From Octopus vulgaris (lineage: Eukaryota): a DNA stretch of 64,000 bases. The position numbers and the translations under genes were made by a program. Below the pieces are notes generated by a model. It made no database searches. It was not told the origin of the DNA and saw only the letters and a list, made by a program, of their open reading frames with translations. Of this stretch, positions 1-64,000 are shown in pieces (position 1 is the stretch's first letter; the number at the start of each line of letters is the position of its first letter). The stretch is taken from assembly GCA_951406725.2 (NCBI GenBank), contig OX597824.1, positions 73,904,001 through 73,968,000 of the forward strand, given 5' to 3'.

Positions 1-821
1 CATACCACCTGCATGAGGGCCAGTCAGGCAGTACTGGCAATGGCCACACTCAAATGGTGTTTTTTTTATGTGCCACCTGCACAGGAGCCAGTCCAGTGGC
101 ACTAAAACATATAGTAACAAAAGGGTTAATTATCTCAATTATCTAACTAAGGTGGTGACCTGCTAACCACAAGGTTGCAGGTTCAGATCTTACTATAAGC
201 CAGTGTTGTGCATTTTGTGCAAGATGCTTCATTCTGACTGCTTATACCAGTTCTCTTAGAATATGTCACTCTAAGTCTTTCTACTATAGGCTCAAGTCCT
301 GAAAACTTGATTACAGTGTTTGACTAGTAATGATGTCAATGCAATCAAGTTATAGTATTTAAACTCAGACAGTGAAGCTGGATAAAATGCTAAGCATTTT
401 GTGTGGTGTGCTAATAATTCTGCCAGCTCACCATCTTAAAGACCTATAATGCAAGATTATTATTGGGACTTAGTATATCTAAAGACTACGTTATTAAAAA
501 AATACTTTTTCGAAGAAATAGTGTAACGTTGCCTGTTTATGTGAGTTCGTTGAAGAAAAATTTGCATGCTCAAATTTATAAACCCATTTTCACCTTGTAA
601 ATTAAAAAAATCATATATATGCCTCATAACATACGAATGGAAATTATTAACTTGTAAATAATTATTACAAATGAAATTAAGTTGGCGAGCTGGCAGAACC
701 ACGGTGTATTTCTTCTGGCTCAACATTCTGAGTTCAAATCTGCCCAACTCAACTTCCCCCTTCATCATATTGGTGTTGATAAAATAAGTACCAGTTCTAT
801 ATTTAAGAGATGAGGAATTAT

Positions 822-1228
822 GTACATTATTTACATTCAACGGATATTTGTCCTCATCTTGCTTGTTGTTAACATAACGTTTTGGCTGATATACCCTCCA
901 GCCTTCTTCAGGTGTCTTGGGGAAATTTCAAACCCGAGTTCTCATTCCTAAGGTATTTTTCGATGTTGTTATTATTATTATTATTATTATTAACATCATT
1001 ATTGTTCAGGTCACTGCTTGGAATCGAACTCAGAATCTTGGGCTTAGTAGCCCACGCTCTTAACCACTACGCCATATGCCAGTGGGCTTAGGGAAAATAT
1101 CTTAGGAATGAGAACCCAGGTTCGAAATTTCCCCAAGACACCTGAAGAAGGCTGGAGGGTATATCAGCCGAAATGTGTTAACAACCAACAAGATAGGGAC
1201 AAATATCCGTCAAATGTAAACAATGTAA
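822..1228. mobile_element. Penelope-like inverted terminal repeat pair with degenerate hammerhead-like cores, inserted in a SINE
   Basis: About 822-960 is the reverse complement of about 1091-1228; each arm has ACAC-CTGAAGA-aGGCTG...CAGCC-(G/A)AAA. Confidence 0.6.
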
Positions 1229-2055
1229 AATAAGTACCAGTTTAGCGCTGAGGTTGATGTCATTGATTTATCCCCTCCCTCAAAAGTGCTGGTCTTGTGT
1301 CAAAATTTGAAACAATTAATAGAAGTGAAATTAAGGTGGTGAGTTGGCAAAATTGTTGAGCATCGGAAAAAAAATGATCTGCAGTATTTCTTCCAACTTT
1401 TTAACGTTTTAAGTTAAAATTCCACCAAGGTCTGAAATTTTGGGTGAGGCACTAGTCACTCTCCCACATACATTACTGGTACTAATTTTATCAATCCCCA
1501 AAAGAGGATGCAAGGCAAAGTCAGCCTCTGTTGAATTTGAACTTAGAACATAAAAAACAGATGAAACGTCATTAAGCATTTTTTCCAGCACATTAATGAT
1601 TTTTACCAGCCTCTTACCTTGTAGTTGTTTGTTCCTTCTCGAGCCATGCCTGGCTCATAAGGGCCAGTTTCCCGGTCTCATTGGCGTATAGAAAACCATA
1701 ATACTTTTGAAAATGACCTTTTGATAGCGAAAGCTAATGTATATGTGTATTGTTCACAGTTATGAAAAAAGTATTATGGGACAGGTAAGAATTATTTCAG
1801 CTTCTACCTTACCTGATTTGTAGCCATGAAACTGAGTTGCCAATATTGCTGTATGAGATGTCAAAAGATTGGGTAATCTTTTGGCTATCTACATAAAGTA
1901 AGTTTTTTGCACAGCAACCCTATTTTACTACAAAAATTAACACCAAAATGAGGCTGGGTCACACAATTCTGAGGTCTTTTTTGAGGCAATGTTAAGATTT
2001 CCTTCTAATCTAAGCTGCCATTGTACATGTTTTTGGTGTCAAAACTTTCAGCATT

Positions 2056-2400
2056 CATCATCATCATTTAACGTCCGCTTTCCATGCTAGCATGGGTTGG
2101 ACGATTTGACCAAGGTCTGGCGAACCAGACTCCAGTCTGATCTGGCAGAGTTTCTACAGCTGGATGCCCTTCCTAACGCCAACCACTCCGAGAGAGTGTA
2201 GTGGGTGCTTTAACGTGCCACCGGCACGAGGGCCAGTTTGGTGGAACTGGCAATGGCCATGCCCAAATGGTGCTTTTTATGTGCCACCTGCACAGGAGCC
2301 AGTCCAGCGGCACTGGCAATGACCTCACTCAAATATTTCACATGTCACCAGCACAAGTGCTAGTAAGGCGATGTGGTAATGATCACACTCGAATGGTGGG
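2056..2400 (-). mobile_element. SINE-like repeat with RTE-type 3' tail ending in (GAT)n. Further copies near 1-100, 5147-5548, 15075-15322, 15990-16240, 18340-18522, 29040-29185, 42660-42870, 43490-43720, 51404-51685, 53100-53310, 59965-60361, 61237-61440
   Basis: Shared block TTAGGAAGGGCATCCAGCTGTAGAAAC...CCATGCTAGCATGGAAAGCGGACGTTAAACGATGATGAT in more than 10 copies, both orientations. Confidence 0.85.
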
Positions 2401-2460
2401 TTTATCAAAAAATATGTTTATAAGAAAGGAACAAATAATACAATGTGGCTGTAGATCATA

Positions 2461-2490
2461 ACACCCAGGCAACGCCGGGTGCATTGCTAG
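2461..2490 (+). mobile_element. Helitron-like 3' terminus
   Basis: GC-rich hairpin CACCCAGGCAACGCCGGGTG followed by CTAG and a T. Confidence 0.55.
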
Positions 2491-2510
2491 TAATAAATAA
2501 ATCAACCAAC

Positions 2511-61109
<58,599 letters not shown>

Positions 61110-61931
61110 CTACAATAAAAAAAGGAAAGCAAGCATTTAGTGAGATATCAATAATTAAAGGAAAATTATTAAATAATTAAAACAGCCCCAGCATGGCAAT
61201 CGTTCAACAACTGAAACAAATAAAGAATAATGGAATATCATCATCGTCGTTTAACATCCGCTTTCCATGCTAGCATGGGTTGGACGATTTAACTGAGGAC
61301 TGGCGAACCAGATGGCTGCACCAGGCTCCAATCTGATCTGGCAGAATTTCTACAGCTGGATGCCCTTCCTAATACCAACCACTCCGAGAGTGTAGTGGGT
61401 GCTTTTACATGCCAGTCAGGCAGTACTGGCAATGGCCACGAATAAAAGAGTAAAATTGTTTTCTTTTTTATTAGTTAATTAACAGCTAATTTAGGCACCA
61501 AGTTACCAATTTTGAAAGGAAGAGGTTAGTCAATACCATTTATCCTCAGTGTATCACTGGTACTTTACTTTATTGATCCTGGAGGAATAAAAAGCAAAGC
61601 TGACCTGGATGGGATTTGAACTCAAAACATTAAAACTGATCAAATAGATCCTTGATCAAAGGCATTCTTCCCATGACCATTCCATCTTCTTTATGGAATC
61701 ACATCAAGCAACATATCCCTTATTTGTGATTTGAGAAAGATTTAACTGCCATTCTAGCAGGCTGAGCAACCACACAGTGGCTCTTTCTCAATGGTTTGTA
61801 CAGCATTGGCTTTTTGTTCCTGTACGTCAGTGTTCAAATCCCACTAGGATCATCAATATTATTGTCAGAGTTGCCATCTCTTGCTATTTAGCCCCAGGTC
61901 AGCTCTAACCAAGCATACCAATAGACATGCA

Positions 61932-61967
<36 letters not shown>

Positions 61968-64000
61968 TGTGATGAGCATTTGCATGCAATTTCCATCTAC
62001 CAATCATCACCAGGATCAATGAGGAAGTCTCCATATAGTCATTTTGGTTTACTAGGAATACCAGCCAAATCTCCCTCAGATGACAACCTATAGGTCTGAA
62101 AAGTGTGGTACACATTGAATAATAAAAAATGTGGCTGTCATGGTTGGAATGCCTTATGTCACACATCACAACTGGCCTACAGCTAAACAACAATCACACA
62201 ATATAAAATAAGAACTGAAGCACTGATATGGCTGCGTGGTTTAAGCAGTTTGCTTTTGAATACAACTCCACTCTGCAGTATTTTGGGTAAATGCACTCTA
62301 CTATAGCTGCAGGCCGACCAAAGCCCTGAGTGGATTTGATTGATGGAAACTGAAAGAAGCCCATTGTTATGTGGTTGTGCATGAGCATCACTGGCATATA
62401 AGTGATGCTGGTTTGTTTCTAGTCTTCTATGAAAAGCATGCCTGGCTATGGGGAAATATTTGTTACCTTACTTGGAAATAGGTAAGTAGCATTGCTGATA
62501 CAAAGACACCTGGGTATAGAAAGTCTGCCTCAACAAATTACCATCTGACCCATGCTAGCATGGAAACATGGATGTTAAACTGATGACATTGAGGAACAAG
62601 GAGAATTAAACCAAGTTGCTCATCCCAAAATATGTACTGTACAAATGCTAGAAATCATTATGTATAATGATGAGTAACGTGGCAAGCTGGCAGAATCATA
62701 AACATGCTTGGTGAAATGCTTAGTGGCACTTCACCTATCTGTACGTTCTGAGTTCAAATTCTGCTGTGGTTGACTTTGCCTTTTATCCTTTCAGGGTTGA
62801 TAAATTAAGTACCAGTCGAGAAGGCGGCAAGCTGGTAGAATTGTTAGCACACCTGGCAAAATGCTTAACAGTATTTCGTCTGCCGTTATGTTCTGAGTTC
62901 AAATTCCGCCGAGGTTGACTTTGCCTTTCATCCTTTCGGGGTCGATAAATTAAGTACCAGTTTCGTACTGGGGGTCGATATAATCGACTTAATCCATTTC
63001 TCTGTCCTTGTTTGTCCCCTCTATGTTTAGCCCCTTGTGGGTAATAAAGAAATATGTATTTCATCTGCCATTACGCTCTGAGTTCAAATTCTGCCGAGGT
63101 TGACTTTGCCTTTCATCCTTTCAGGGTCGATAAATTAAGTGCCAGTTACGTACTGGGGTCGATGTAATCGACTTAATCTCTTTGTCTGTCCTTGTTTGTC
63201 CCCGCTATGTTTAGCTCCTTGTGGGCAACAAAGAAATAAAATTAAGTACCGGTCGAGTACTGGGGGTTGATGTAGTCGACTTCCCCCCCCTCCTCCAAAA
63301 TTTCAGGTCATGTGATTTAGTAGAAAGGATTACGCATAATGGTTAACTTTAGATCACAGTCATATACATCAGCACAATTCTACAACAACCCAATGCAACC
63401 ACGAGCCACCGTATTTAACCGGCCTTGGTTAGCATTAACAGATGCTGACATCATCTACTTCAGGATATGTAAAGAGGAGACAGAAACACATAGTGAGCAA
63501 ACCTTAGGGTAAACATTCTGGTTCCATTACACGTTATGCAAGCAGCCCTGCTGCACCACTATTCAATCTATTTATAATCCCATAAAAAAACGAAGAAAAA
63601 AACCAAAAAAAAACCCCACATCATGTGGTGGGGGTGGGGATATATTGCCTGCAGCAGTATTTTGTTTCAAACAGAGCAAGAAGCAAATGTATTTTTTTTC
63701 GCTTTCAGCTGTTGATTCTAAGCCTGAATTCCACACATGCTGTAAAACAGCAATGTAACATAGCAATCTACACATTATCCGACTACTAGCATATATAAGA
63801 TTTTCTACTCTGAGACATGTGTTAGTGCTATACACATATGAGTAGTGTAGTTAGCATGAAGTATTGTCTCAACTATATAAATACTTTTAATTATATGGTG
63901 ATTACTCCAGCTTCACAGACGACTGCCATCTTCTTGTACTTCCTCACCGTCAGTAGCATTTCTGGCTTTTCATTCATGACCTCTGAAATGACTATTCAAT

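Noticed and set aside
63948-63982. Exon-like segment tttcag|AG...ACG|gtgagg on the minus strand
   Set aside because: Does not resemble the expected LMF2 N-terminus and ends in the wrong phase for exon 61059-61109.

Overview
AT-rich, microsatellite- and SINE-dense animal genomic DNA. The repeat repertoire suggests an octopod cephalopod (inference). One protein-coding gene spans almost the whole window on the minus strand: a lipase maturation factor 2 (LMF2) orthologue. I traced 14 exon positions with GT-AG ends and consistent phases (about 1700 nt, about 566 aa); the first exon and probably the last lie outside the window. The main discovery is that one exon position is filled by three divergent, intact, paralogous 116-nt exons (37817-37932, 30277-30392, 21432-21547). 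Each fits alone between the same flanking exons, while any pair, or skipping all three, gives a premature stop: the signature of a mutually exclusive exon cluster. None of the three appears in its coding frame in the ORF track. The introns also hold Penelope-type inverted repeats with minimal hammerhead-ribozyme motifs on the pre-mRNA strand, and decayed Gypsy, RTE, Dong/R4, mariner, piggyBac-, hAT-, pogo- and Helitron-like elements. They also hold many tRNA-derived SINEs and a 1.4 kb microsatellite that generates the long spurious ORFs.
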